Positions 1 to 7,177 of a stretch of DNA of 54,572 nt are shown here, piece by piece. Position 1 is the first letter of the stretch. Every line of letters starts with the position of its first letter. Made by a program: the position numbers and the translations under genes. The notes below the pieces were generated by a model. That model ran no database searches. It saw only the letters and a list, made by a program, of their open reading frames with translations, and had not been told where the DNA came from. The DNA lies in IMG/VR virus record IMGVR_UViG_3300036832_000372, positions 1 to 54,572 of that record; one strand, written 5' to 3'. The stretch comes from a virus (Duplodnaviria > Caudoviricetes).

Positions 1-147
1 TCCACGCCAGTGGAGCGCGCTTCTGACCCCCGGCGGTGATAGTACGGATCAGCGTCTTAGCGCGATAGGCGAGCTCCTGGCGAGCTCCACGGGTGGACTG
101 TCACGGTGAGCCGTGGTAGTCCGTTTAGACTGAGTCGAGGGACGGGA

Positions 148-711
148 ATGCCCTGGTTACTCGCGGTAGTCGAGCACGATGAGGCGACACTCGATCGCGT
201 GGTCCGGGCTGGCTACGACCCCATGATGGTCTACGTTAGGCGCTTGACTGTCAGGCGCGGCATCGTCGAGAAGAGGCTCTCCCCCGCCTTCCCTGGCTAC
301 ATCTTCGTCAGGTTCCCGGACAGCGTTCGCCGCCTCCTCGAGGTGTCGGGGATCTTCACGTTCGTCAAGTGGCGCAGCACCGAGACCGACGAGCTAGAGG
401 TCGCTACGGTCTCCGACGCCGTGGTCGATGCCCTGACGACCGACGCCGAGGAGATCGGTGAGAAGAGGTACGTCCTGGCGGAGCCCGAGCGCGAGGAGCT
501 CTTCTCTGTCGGGGACCGGGTCAGGGTCATCGGGTCGAGCATATGGGCGGGCAAGTACGGCACCATCCGAGAGATAGGGGGAGCATCCATAGCCGTGGGC
601 TTGAAGATGTTCAGCAAGGAAGTGCTAGCGAAGTTCGAAGAGTTTGAGCTGACTGTAGTGTCGGCGAGGCGCAACCGTCGGCGAAGGAAGTATATCCCTC
701 TAGCGGCCTGA
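148..711 (+). CDS. NusG/RfaH-family transcription antiterminator (NGN + KOW), phage late regulator
   Basis: NGN motif PAFPGYIFVRF and KOW motif FSVGDRVRVIGSSIWAGKYGTI. Likely start is ATG 148 after GAGGGACGGGA (ORF is open from 106). C-terminal RRNRRRRK. Confidence 0.9.
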   Translation: MPWLLAVVEHDEATLDRVVRAGYDPMMVYVRRLTVRRGIVEKRLSPAFPGYIFVRFPDSVRRLLEVSGIFTFVKWRSTETDELEVATVSDAVVDALTTDAEEIGEKRYVLAEPEREELFSVGDRVRVIGSSIWAGKYGTIREIGGASIAVGLKMFSKEVLAKFEEFELTVVSARRNRRRRKYIPLAA

Positions 712-724
712 CTCAGGTCGCGGG

Positions 725-860
725 CATCCGCTTCGGCAGGATCGGGGGCGCGGATGGGCGAGCAAGATTAGCTCGGAAGTCGTAAGGTTGGCTAAATTTA
801 TTTAAGTTCCCCATGGAACTTGCTGAGATATAAAACATTCCGGTGTCTGATCGGAGTGCT
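725..860 (+). promoter_or_regulatory. Structured leader/promoter region of the late operon
   Basis: Hairpins ATCCGC-TTCG-GC(A)GGAT (726-742), CGAGC-AAGATTA-GCTCG (759-775) and AAGTTCC-CCAT-GGAACTT (804-821). AT-rich tract at 793-840, otherwise rare in this window. Confidence 0.55.
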
Positions 861-865
861 TTAAT

Positions 866-1219
866 ATGGCTGCAACAAAACCGGTGAAGTCTTACTTGCA
901 GATTGTCGATGGTAAGTACATCGATGAGGAGTTTCCGAGGGCCGTCGAGAAAGCAGTGATGAGAGACGACAAGATCTTGATTCAGAAGCTCACTTTCCTG
1001 TTGTTCAAGGATATCACTAGCCTTGACAAGAAAGTAGAGCGCATCATGAACAAGGTCGAGCTCTACCGCACCCTGGCCTCTCACGCTACGGACTCTCACG
1101 ACCGGCAGACGTACCTCGAGTGCGCAGAGGTCTTGACGCAGCGCGTCAGGATCGCTCTGAACGAGACGAACGAGAGAGTGGCTCAAGTCCACAAGATCAA
1201 GGGCACCGGCGGTGAGTAA
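866..1219 (+). CDS. Hypothetical helical protein
   Basis: 117 aa ORF overlapping the next gene; no motif recognised. Confidence 0.7.
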   Translation: MAATKPVKSYLQIVDGKYIDEEFPRAVEKAVMRDDKILIQKLTFLLFKDITSLDKKVERIMNKVELYRTLASHATDSHDRQTYLECAEVLTQRVRIALNETNERVAQVHKIKGTGGE

Positions 1220-1667
1220 GTCGTTCCCGAACAGCGCCAGAGCGATAGCCTCCAGGAAGAACGGCTTCCAGAAGGGGCACAAGCGCATCGGTGGGAACGT
1301 CAAGGGCTCCAAGCATAAGTTCACCATGAGGATGAAGGACGCGATCCTTCACGCCATGGAGCTCGCGGGGAACAAGCAGCAAGATCCTCAGACGGGTGAG
1401 TTCACCAGGCCGGGCCCAGGAGGTCTCGCTGGGTTCATGGAGTACCTGGTGCTCCACAGGGAGAAGTTGTTCTGCAATGCCTTCGGCTCGAAGCTCCTGC
1501 CGCTGACTCTCGACGGCTTGCTCGACCCGCAGAAGGAGACTCTGACTGAGGAAGAAGTTGCAGCGCTGTGCGCGACGTATGGCGTCCCGTTCGAGAAGAT
1601 GGCGCCAGCCGAGATCCGCAGCAGACAACCGAAGATGATCGATGTCACGCCCAGCGAGAGCTCATGA
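1212..1667 (+). CDS. Probable terminase small subunit
   Basis: N-terminal GFQKGHKRIGGNVKGSKHK resembles the FxKGxSGNPxGRPKG motif of small terminases; lies upstream of TerL. Confidence 0.65.
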   Translation: MSKSFPNSARAIASRKNGFQKGHKRIGGNVKGSKHKFTMRMKDAILHAMELAGNKQQDPQTGEFTRPGPGGLAGFMEYLVLHREKLFCNAFGSKLLPLTLDGLLDPQKETLTEEEVAALCATYGVPFEKMAPAEIRSRQPKMIDVTPSESS

Positions 1668-1926
1668 GCTCCCCGTCCGCCTGGCCTTCCGCGAGGAGGG
1701 CAACTTCTGGAACGCCTACCTCGCGCTCTCAGACACGATGGAGCGTGCTACGCTGATCGGCTCGGTGAGGATCGGCCCGATGATGGCCGACCCTGACCTG
1801 AAGCGTCAGTTCATAGATCTGATGAAGAGTGTGATGCAGCACGCGATCGAGGAGGCGATCGGCGTCTCAGTAGACCACTTCAACGAGAGGACTGCTCCAG
1901 AGAGCGAGAGGTCAGGTAATGCGTGA
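1642..1926 (+). CDS. Phage hypothetical protein
   Basis: 94 aa globular-looking ORF (RLAFREEGNFWNAY...) with phage-like codon usage. Confidence 0.65.
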   Translation: MSRPARAHELPVRLAFREEGNFWNAYLALSDTMERATLIGSVRIGPMMADPDLKRQFIDLMKSVMQHAIEEAIGVSVDHFNERTAPESERSGNA

Positions 1927-2086
1927 GCACCTCACTATTATTCGCGGGCTTCTGTCTGAGGTATTGGAAGGTATGCTCAAATCAGACCTGACGAGTTCGT
2001 CATCTTTTGTCAGTGAGCTCAGAGCTGAGATCGCGTGGTTAGATACTGAGTTAGCAGGTGAGCACGTTCAGTCGCAGAGCAGCTGA
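1919..2086 (+). CDS. Small hypothetical protein (55 aa, not in ORF track)
   Basis: Read by hand as MREHLTIIRGLLSEVLEG...QSQSS; fills the gap and overlaps both neighbours. Confidence 0.4.
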   Translation: MREHLTIIRGLLSEVLEGMLKSDLTSSSSFVSELRAEIAWLDTELAGEHVQSQSS

Positions 2087-3491
2087 GGCGATCATCCACG
2101 CCGAGGCCGTCGGAGCCAGGAGAGACTTCGCTGCCTACCGGAAGATGATCCGGCCTGGGATGAAGTGGAACTGGTTCACCCAGAGGATCAGCGACGAGCT
2201 GCACGAGTTCTACGAGAGGATGGTCAGCGGCGAGCGCCCCAAGCTGGCGATCATGGCGCCGCCCCAGCACGGGAAGTCTAGCGTCGCTGAGGACTTCATC
2301 TCGTGGCTAGCGGGCAAGTCGCCGAATCTGAAGACGATCTTCGCGTCTTACTCCGAAGACCTTGGCGTCAGGACGAACCTCGGCGTCACTCGCGTGATGA
2401 CGTCCGACAGGTATAGGAGGATCTTCGCCACGCGGATCGGCCTGGCGGGCTGGGTGTGCAACACTAACCTGGTCGAGTACTGCAGCTCGACGGGGTCTCT
2501 CCGCAACACCACGGTCAGAGGTCCCATCAACGGGATGGAGCTGCACCTCGGCGTCATCGACGACCCGATGAAAGGGAGAGCCGAGGCGAACAGCGAGACG
2601 ACGAGGAACGCCACGTGGGACTGGTTCGCCGACGACTTCGGCCCTCGCATGGCGGCCGACAGCGGCATGCTCTGGATCATGACCAGGTGGCACGTCGACG
2701 ATCCCCTGGGTCGCGTCATCGAGCGGTACCCCGAGGTCAAGATCCTCAAGTTCAAGGCGGTCGCCACCGAGGACGAGGAGCACCGCAGCAGGGGTGAGGC
2801 GCTGTTCCCCGAGTTCAAGCCCCTCGACTTCTTGCTCGAGCGCAAGAGAGTGATGAGCGAGGCCTCGTGGGAGGCCGAGTACCAGCAGGAGCCATTCGTC
2901 GTCGGCGGCGGGATGTTCCCGATCGACAGGATGAGCATCATCCCGGTGTTCGATCGATCTGAGATCATGAACTCTGTCCTCGCCGTCGACAAGGCAGGGA
3001 CAAAAGATGGCGACGGCGCTTATACAGCGATGGTGCTGATGCACAAGCTGAAGTCGGGGCGCTTCCTGGTCGAGAGCGTGCTGCGTGGGCGCTGGGCGGC
3101 TCTCGAGCGCGAGCAGCTGATCAAGTCTGCGGCCGAAGCGTGCCTCATGAGCCTGCGGCACGTCGGCGGGGCGCTGACGGTCGTGATCGAGCAGGAGCCC
3201 GGCTCTGGCGGCAAGGAGAGCGCTGAGTCTACTATTCGAAACTTGGCTGGCTTCAACGTCATCGCCGATCGCGTCAGCGGCGCTAAAGAGGTCAGGGCCG
3301 AGCCGTTCGCCGCCCAGGTCCAGGGCTCGAACGTGTGGATGGTCGCCGGCCCGTGGGTCCGCGACTACCTGTCTGAGCTCGAGAGCTGGCCGAACGGCAA
3401 GACTCTGGACCAGGGCGACGCCTCGGCGATGGCGTTCAACCACCTCACTAAAGACAACTACGACTATAGCTATTCGGGGTTCACAACATAA
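2058..3491 (+). CDS. terL: Terminase large subunit
   Basis: Walker A region MAPPQHGKS, Walker B GVIDDPMK, coupling motif MTRWH, nuclease AVDKA, EQEPGSGGK and C-terminal DQGDA. Confidence 0.96.
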   Translation: MSTFSRRAAEAIIHAEAVGARRDFAAYRKMIRPGMKWNWFTQRISDELHEFYERMVSGERPKLAIMAPPQHGKSSVAEDFISWLAGKSPNLKTIFASYSEDLGVRTNLGVTRVMTSDRYRRIFATRIGLAGWVCNTNLVEYCSSTGSLRNTTVRGPINGMELHLGVIDDPMKGRAEANSETTRNATWDWFADDFGPRMAADSGMLWIMTRWHVDDPLGRVIERYPEVKILKFKAVATEDEEHRSRGEALFPEFKPLDFLLERKRVMSEASWEAEYQQEPFVVGGGMFPIDRMSIIPVFDRSEIMNSVLAVDKAGTKDGDGAYTAMVLMHKLKSGRFLVESVLRGRWAALEREQLIKSAAEACLMSLRHVGGALTVVIEQEPGSGGKESAESTIRNLAGFNVIADRVSGAKEVRAEPFAAQVQGSNVWMVAGPWVRDYLSELESWPNGKTLDQGDASAMAFNHLTKDNYDYSYSGFTT

Positions 3492-3721
3492 TGGCGATGA
3501 CCTTCGGCGGCGCTCTCGAGCACATGAAGAACGGCGGGACGTGCTACCGCGAGAACAAGGGCAAGGACGTCTGGATCGGGATCTTGGAACCAGGCTCTAA
3601 TTCCAAGATGACGCAGCGGTACATCTACATCCACTACTCTGACGGAAGTCAAGTCCCCTGGTGCCCGCGCCATGGCGACATCTTGGCCAGCGACTGGATC
3701 AAGATCGCGATCAAGGAGTGA
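3491..3721 (+). CDS. DUF2829 / Tad2-like small protein (candidate immune-signal sponge)
   Basis: MTFGGALEHMKNG..YR, YIYI..SDG..VPWCP..GDILASDW matches the family pattern F..AL..LK.G..V.R ... PW.PSQ.D.LA.DW. Confidence 0.8.
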   Translation: MAMTFGGALEHMKNGGTCYRENKGKDVWIGILEPGSNSKMTQRYIYIHYSDGSQVPWCPRHGDILASDWIKIAIKE

Positions 3722-3766
3722 TATCTTCTCAGACCCAGTGGAGAGACCGCCCCCTGGAGTGGGAAG

Positions 3767-4006
3767 TTGATGAGCTACCTGGGGCCGGTCCGACCGAGGC
3801 TGCGAGTGACTCTTCAGGGAGAGCTGGCGGAGGTCCTCCGCCGGAGGGGCGACAGAGTTCTTCTGACTGACGCTGACGGCCTCGAGTGGTGGATGAAGAT
3901 AGCGCCGTTCCGAGAGGCCGCCGAGCCGATCAGCTGCCGCCTCAACGACGGCGGCCCTTGCCTGGCAATGACGCTCAGGACGTGCCGATGCAGAGAAGGG
4001 GTCTGA
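3767..4006 (+). CDS. Hypothetical protein
   Basis: 79 aa ORF after a GGAG-containing RBS. Confidence 0.5.
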   Translation: MMSYLGPVRPRLRVTLQGELAEVLRRRGDRVLLTDADGLEWWMKIAPFREAAEPISCRLNDGGPCLAMTLRTCRCREGV

Positions 4007-4065
4007 TGAGGGAAATGTCAGACCCCTCAGTGATTCAGCGTAAGGACGGTCAGTAGACCTCAGGA

Positions 4066-4428
4066 TTGTGGTATCTTTTTACCATGATCAAGTTCTTATC
4101 TTGGCGAGAGTCGCCCTTATCTAGGAAGCTGTTCGCTGACACTGGCGGCCGAGGCCGCTACATGATTCATCCCACGGCCGACGGCAGATTTCATCTGCGC
4201 CTCAGCGGATCTCCCGTCGGTATCACCGACTCTGTCACAGAGGCGAAGAGGTTAGCGAGAGATAACTTCAGGGCGATGACTGATGCTCGTGAAGGTGGTT
4301 CTCATCTGGGTGCTCGCCAACGTGGCTGTAGCTCTCTTGCTCATGGCTCGGGGCGACCGAAGGAAGCGGTATCTCCAGGAGTACCGCCGTCAATTGAAGT
4401 CTTCTCGACGCTCGTGAGGAGAGAGGAT
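4066..4428 (+). CDS. Hypothetical region in frame with the DUF3606 domain
   Basis: Open frame upstream of 4429; could be an N-terminal extension or a decayed separate gene. Confidence 0.3.
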
Positions 4429-4599
4429 ATGCCAGACGATACCTCGCAGGACCACATTCGCATCCGCATCGACCAGATCCGCGATGTGCGGTACTGGGCT
4501 GGTAGGTTTGGCGTGACAGAGCAGGAGCTGAGAGACGCGGTGGTTAAGGTCGGTACCCTAGTCCGCGACGTCAAGAGTGAGCTAGGCGGCCGCGGCTAG
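4429..4599 (+). CDS. DUF3606-domain small protein
   Basis: MPDD...DHIRIRIDQIRDVRYWAGRFGVTEQELRDAVVKVG; strong RBS GAGGAGAGAGGA before ATG 4429. Confidence 0.8.
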   Translation: MPDDTSQDHIRIRIDQIRDVRYWAGRFGVTEQELRDAVVKVGTLVRDVKSELGGRG

Positions 4600-4603
4600 C
4601 CCC

Positions 4604-4642
4604 GTGCGGGTTGCATTGTCTCGGGGACTCTGCAGCCCGCAC
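4604..4642 (+). other. Intergenic long hairpin
   Basis: GTGCGGGTTGCA ... TGCAGCCCGCAC forms a 12-bp stem with an inner GTC/GAC stem; no U-tract follows. Confidence 0.6.
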
Positions 4643-4656
4643 TCTCTGGAGGATCA

Positions 4657-4881
4657 ATGACACCGCTGCAGACGGTCATAACCTATCTGTCAGCATTCAC
4701 GTTAGCGCTCATCACGGCAGGCGTCTTGATACTGCTGCTCGTCAATGCCTGCAGCGCAGGAGATCACCACTGGGTCTGCAGCTACGCATCGCTGTCTAAC
4801 CCGGCGCACAGCGGAAGGCACAGCATAGATCCAGTGGTGACTGGACAGCCGTCGACGGGAGATGGTACTGTCGGGCAATGA
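4657..4881 (+). CDS. Small membrane protein
   Basis: Hydrophobic N-terminal helix; GGAGGA RBS. Confidence 0.6.
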   Translation: MTPLQTVITYLSAFTLALITAGVLILLLVNACSAGDHHWVCSYASLSNPAHSGRHSIDPVVTGQPSTGDGTVGQ

Positions 4882-5022
4882 TTAACTTGTCTGAGCATCT
4901 CCCAATGGACTGCAAGGCGGCGGAAGAGTTCATAGAGAAGCGGCGCGCTCAGGAGCGGCGCCTGATGGAGCTTCGAGCTCAAGAGATCGAGGACGACATT
5001 CCACTCGAGAGGAGAGGAACAC

Positions 5023-5346
5023 ATGAGCAGGACAGCGGTTCTCGTGAGAGACTCTGACGGCAAGGACCACATCATCGTCACTAGCAGCATAACGGGCGTG
5101 GACTTCGACCCTGGGAAGCCAGCCGTCCCGGAGCAGCCCGCCGTCGAGGCCAAGGAAGCTAACCCCGGCCGACCCGCCAACGGCGCCGACCCTGGTGAGC
5201 CGCCGACGGCCGCCGTCGAGGCGAAAGAAGCTGTGCCCGCCGACCCTGGTGTACCCCCGACGGCGACGATCAACTACGGCGGCGGCAGCGCCAAGGTCCA
5301 CGCCACGGCGGCTCAGGTCCTCGAGATCCTCAACGCCACAGGATGA
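5023..5346 (+). CDS. Hypothetical protein, FlbD-like fold with inserted Pro/Ala/Glu repeats
   Basis: Strong RBS; PAVEAKEA/AAVEAKEA repeats inside a small beta-rich domain ending VHATAAQVLEIL. Confidence 0.7.
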   Translation: MSRTAVLVRDSDGKDHIIVTSSITGVDFDPGKPAVPEQPAVEAKEANPGRPANGADPGEPPTAAVEAKEAVPADPGVPPTATINYGGGSAKVHATAAQVLEILNATG

Positions 5347-5609
5347 TCACCGAGCGCCACAGGGTCGAGTGGCACGGAGCTGGCCGCAAGGCTCAGCTGC
5401 AGGCTGACCCTGACTACCCTCACGGTATATCTGTCAATCTGTCTGACTCTGACGAGCGGTCGTGCCAGGTCATCCTGCCGTACCCGGCTCCTGAGTGCGG
5501 CTACTGGCAGGTTACGTGTAGTGAGTGTGGCTTTAAGATAGCCATCTCGGCCGCTGGCCGCGCTGACGACCCCACCGACGTGACCATAGCCTGCAGAGGG
5601 CACGACTGA
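5343..5609 (+). CDS. Hypothetical Cys-rich (putative Zn-binding) protein
   Basis: C...ECG...CSEC...C; coupled to neighbours by ATGA/TGATG. Confidence 0.7.
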   Translation: MITERHRVEWHGAGRKAQLQADPDYPHGISVNLSDSDERSCQVILPYPAPECGYWQVTCSECGFKIAISAAGRADDPTDVTIACRGHD

Positions 5610-6049
5610 TGGCTACCTCTTGGTTCAGCTACGTCCCCTACGCCGTCCGGGCGATGCAGTACCGCGGCGAGATCGAGGCGCTCGTCGAGGAAGCTATCCC
5701 CGTCATCAGGAGAGCTCTCACCATGGTCCCGGAGCTTCAGAAGCTGTTCGACAAGGCCAAGGCTCTAGCCGTGAAGATTGCGCCCGAGCTGTTCAAGTCT
5801 TCGAGCCAGCAGGAGCAGCTGCCGCTCGGTCCAGCTCCGCGGACAGTGAGCCCATCGACGTCGTCGAAGTACGACGTCGAGTGGCTCCAGACGACGCTCA
5901 ACCACAAGACGCCAGGGATGACGCCCCTCGCAATCGACGGGATCTACGGCCCTGGCACCAAGGCTCGAGTCGAGGCGTATCAGCAGGCTCACGGTCTCAA
6001 TGTCGACGGCTGGGCCGGCATCGAGACGATGACTTCGCTCCTCAGTTAG
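5609..6049 (+). CDS. Peptidoglycan-binding domain protein (PG_binding_1), no catalytic domain seen
   Basis: VEWLQTTLN...LAIDGIYGPGTKARVEAYQQAHGLNVDGWAGIET. Confidence 0.88.
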   Translation: MATSWFSYVPYAVRAMQYRGEIEALVEEAIPVIRRALTMVPELQKLFDKAKALAVKIAPELFKSSSQQEQLPLGPAPRTVSPSTSSKYDVEWLQTTLNHKTPGMTPLAIDGIYGPGTKARVEAYQQAHGLNVDGWAGIETMTSLLS

Positions 6050-6051
6050 CA

Positions 6052-6177
6052 ATTAGCGCTGCGGCGCTGATCGAGTCGGGCTGATCCGGCTCGCACTCAG
6101 GGAGGTGTCCCTCGGCGTCCAATTCACGGGTGACACGAGAATCAGCACCAGCTGGGCGCCTCCACAGGCGCCTGGCT
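6052..6177 (+). ncRNA. Candidate structured RNA (four hairpins plus a long-range pairing)
   Basis: Stems at 6052-6071 (cUGCGg loop), 6072-6093, 6099-6112 and 6150-6177; loop GCTGAT 6080-6085 is complementary to ATCAGC 6141-6146. Confidence 0.45.
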
Positions 6178-6193
6178 CCTCACGGAGGCACCT

Positions 6194-6319
6194 ATGAAAG
6201 ACAAGAAGACGACTGAGAAGAAGCCGCAGCCCGTAGAGGAAGAGGTCGAGATCGGTGTCCCGACTCTCACTGTGAACCGCCCATCTGACAGACGCAGAGC
6301 CGATGACGACGGTAGGTGA
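6194..6319 (+). CDS. Small charged protein (41 aa, not in ORF track)
   Basis: RBS GGAGG, then MKDKKTTEKKPQPVEEEVEIGVPTLTVNRPSDRRRADDDGR. Confidence 0.5.
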   Translation: MKDKKTTEKKPQPVEEEVEIGVPTLTVNRPSDRRRADDDGR

Positions 6320-6761
6320 GTGGATCGACTTCGCATTCCACCTTATAAGAGGTGACCCGATGCCTATGATCCTCATCGACTCTGCCGAGTGGAATAAGAT
6401 GGTCAACAAGATCAATTCACTAGGAGTGAAAGTCGACACTCTCCTGGCGCAGTCAAAACCCGTCGACATGACACGATTGGAGGAACTCATGGCTGACACT
6501 CACAAGTCGCTCGATGACATCATCTCTGACATCCAGGAGCTCAAGACGCGTGAAGAGGGCTTGATCGAGCTGGTAAGCGGCGTCCGTCAGCAGATTGACG
6601 CTCTCGGCTTGCCACCGGACCAGCAGGCCAAGGTCGATGCCATCTTCGACGCGGTCGAGGAGCGCAAGCAGGCGATCCAGAACGCCATCGACGCCAACAC
6701 GCCTCCACCGACGACTCCTCCTCCGACAGATCCGAATGCGCCCCAGGTGAATCCGCTCTGA
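6303..6761 (+). CDS. Coiled-coil hypothetical protein with Pro-rich tail
   Basis: Heptad-rich helices; internal RBS-linked starts at about 6360 and 6489 make the true start uncertain. Confidence 0.7.
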   Translation: MTTVGEWIDFAFHLIRGDPMPMILIDSAEWNKMVNKINSLGVKVDTLLAQSKPVDMTRLEELMADTHKSLDDIISDIQELKTREEGLIELVSGVRQQIDALGLPPDQQAKVDAIFDAVEERKQAIQNAIDANTPPPTTPPPTDPNAPQVNPL

Positions 6762-6772
6762 GGTCGTCAGGG

Positions 6773-6825
6773 TCGGCCGCGTCGCCTTATCCCATTACCG
6801 CCTTTCCCCAAGGTGACGCGGCTGA
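6773..6825 (+). other. 16-bp hairpin with a 21-nt pyrimidine-rich loop
   Basis: TCGGCCGCGTCGCCTT - ATCCCATTACCGCCTTTCCCC - AAGGTGACGCGGCTGA. Confidence 0.65.
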
Positions 6826-6834
6826 TGGATCGAG

Positions 6835-7176
6835 ATGATGAGATTAGCTGCTATCATAGTTCTTGCGATGTGCCTCCCGGTCTCTGCTCAGAACCGTGGA
6901 GCCACCAACATGGCCGTCGGTCAGGTCAGCATAACTACGGCTGCCACTCGAGTAGTAGCGTCGCGGCCAGATCGCATCCGTGCCGTCCTCACCAACGGCA
7001 CGACTAGCAACGTGTGGTGCGGTCCTGACAGCACGGTGACCATCGCGACTGGTGACGTGCTGGAGGGCACCTCCAGCCAGAGCACCGGTCACATAAAGAC
7101 CTACGACTATCAGGGCGACATCTGGTGCGTCTCGACTAGCTCCAACAACGTCATCACTTTCCTAGAGTTATACTGA
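6835..7176 (+). CDS. Beta-sandwich protein with Sec signal peptide
   Basis: MMRLAAIIVLAMCLPVSA|Q signal; beta-rich mature part with a Cys pair. Confidence 0.75.
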   Translation: MMRLAAIIVLAMCLPVSAQNRGATNMAVGQVSITTAATRVVASRPDRIRAVLTNGTTSNVWCGPDSTVTIATGDVLEGTSSQSTGHIKTYDYQGDIWCVSTSSNNVITFLELY

Positions 7177-7177
7177 C

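Noticed and set aside
1989-2008. Intrinsic terminator TGACG-AGTT-CGTCA-TCTTTT before terL
   Set aside because: Short stem, interrupted U-tract and location inside a plausible small ORF; too weak to call.
6080-6150. Canonical tRNA gene
   Set aside because: An acceptor-like pairing and ACCA end are present, but there is no TTCRA T-loop or proper anticodon arm; kept only as an ncRNA candidate.
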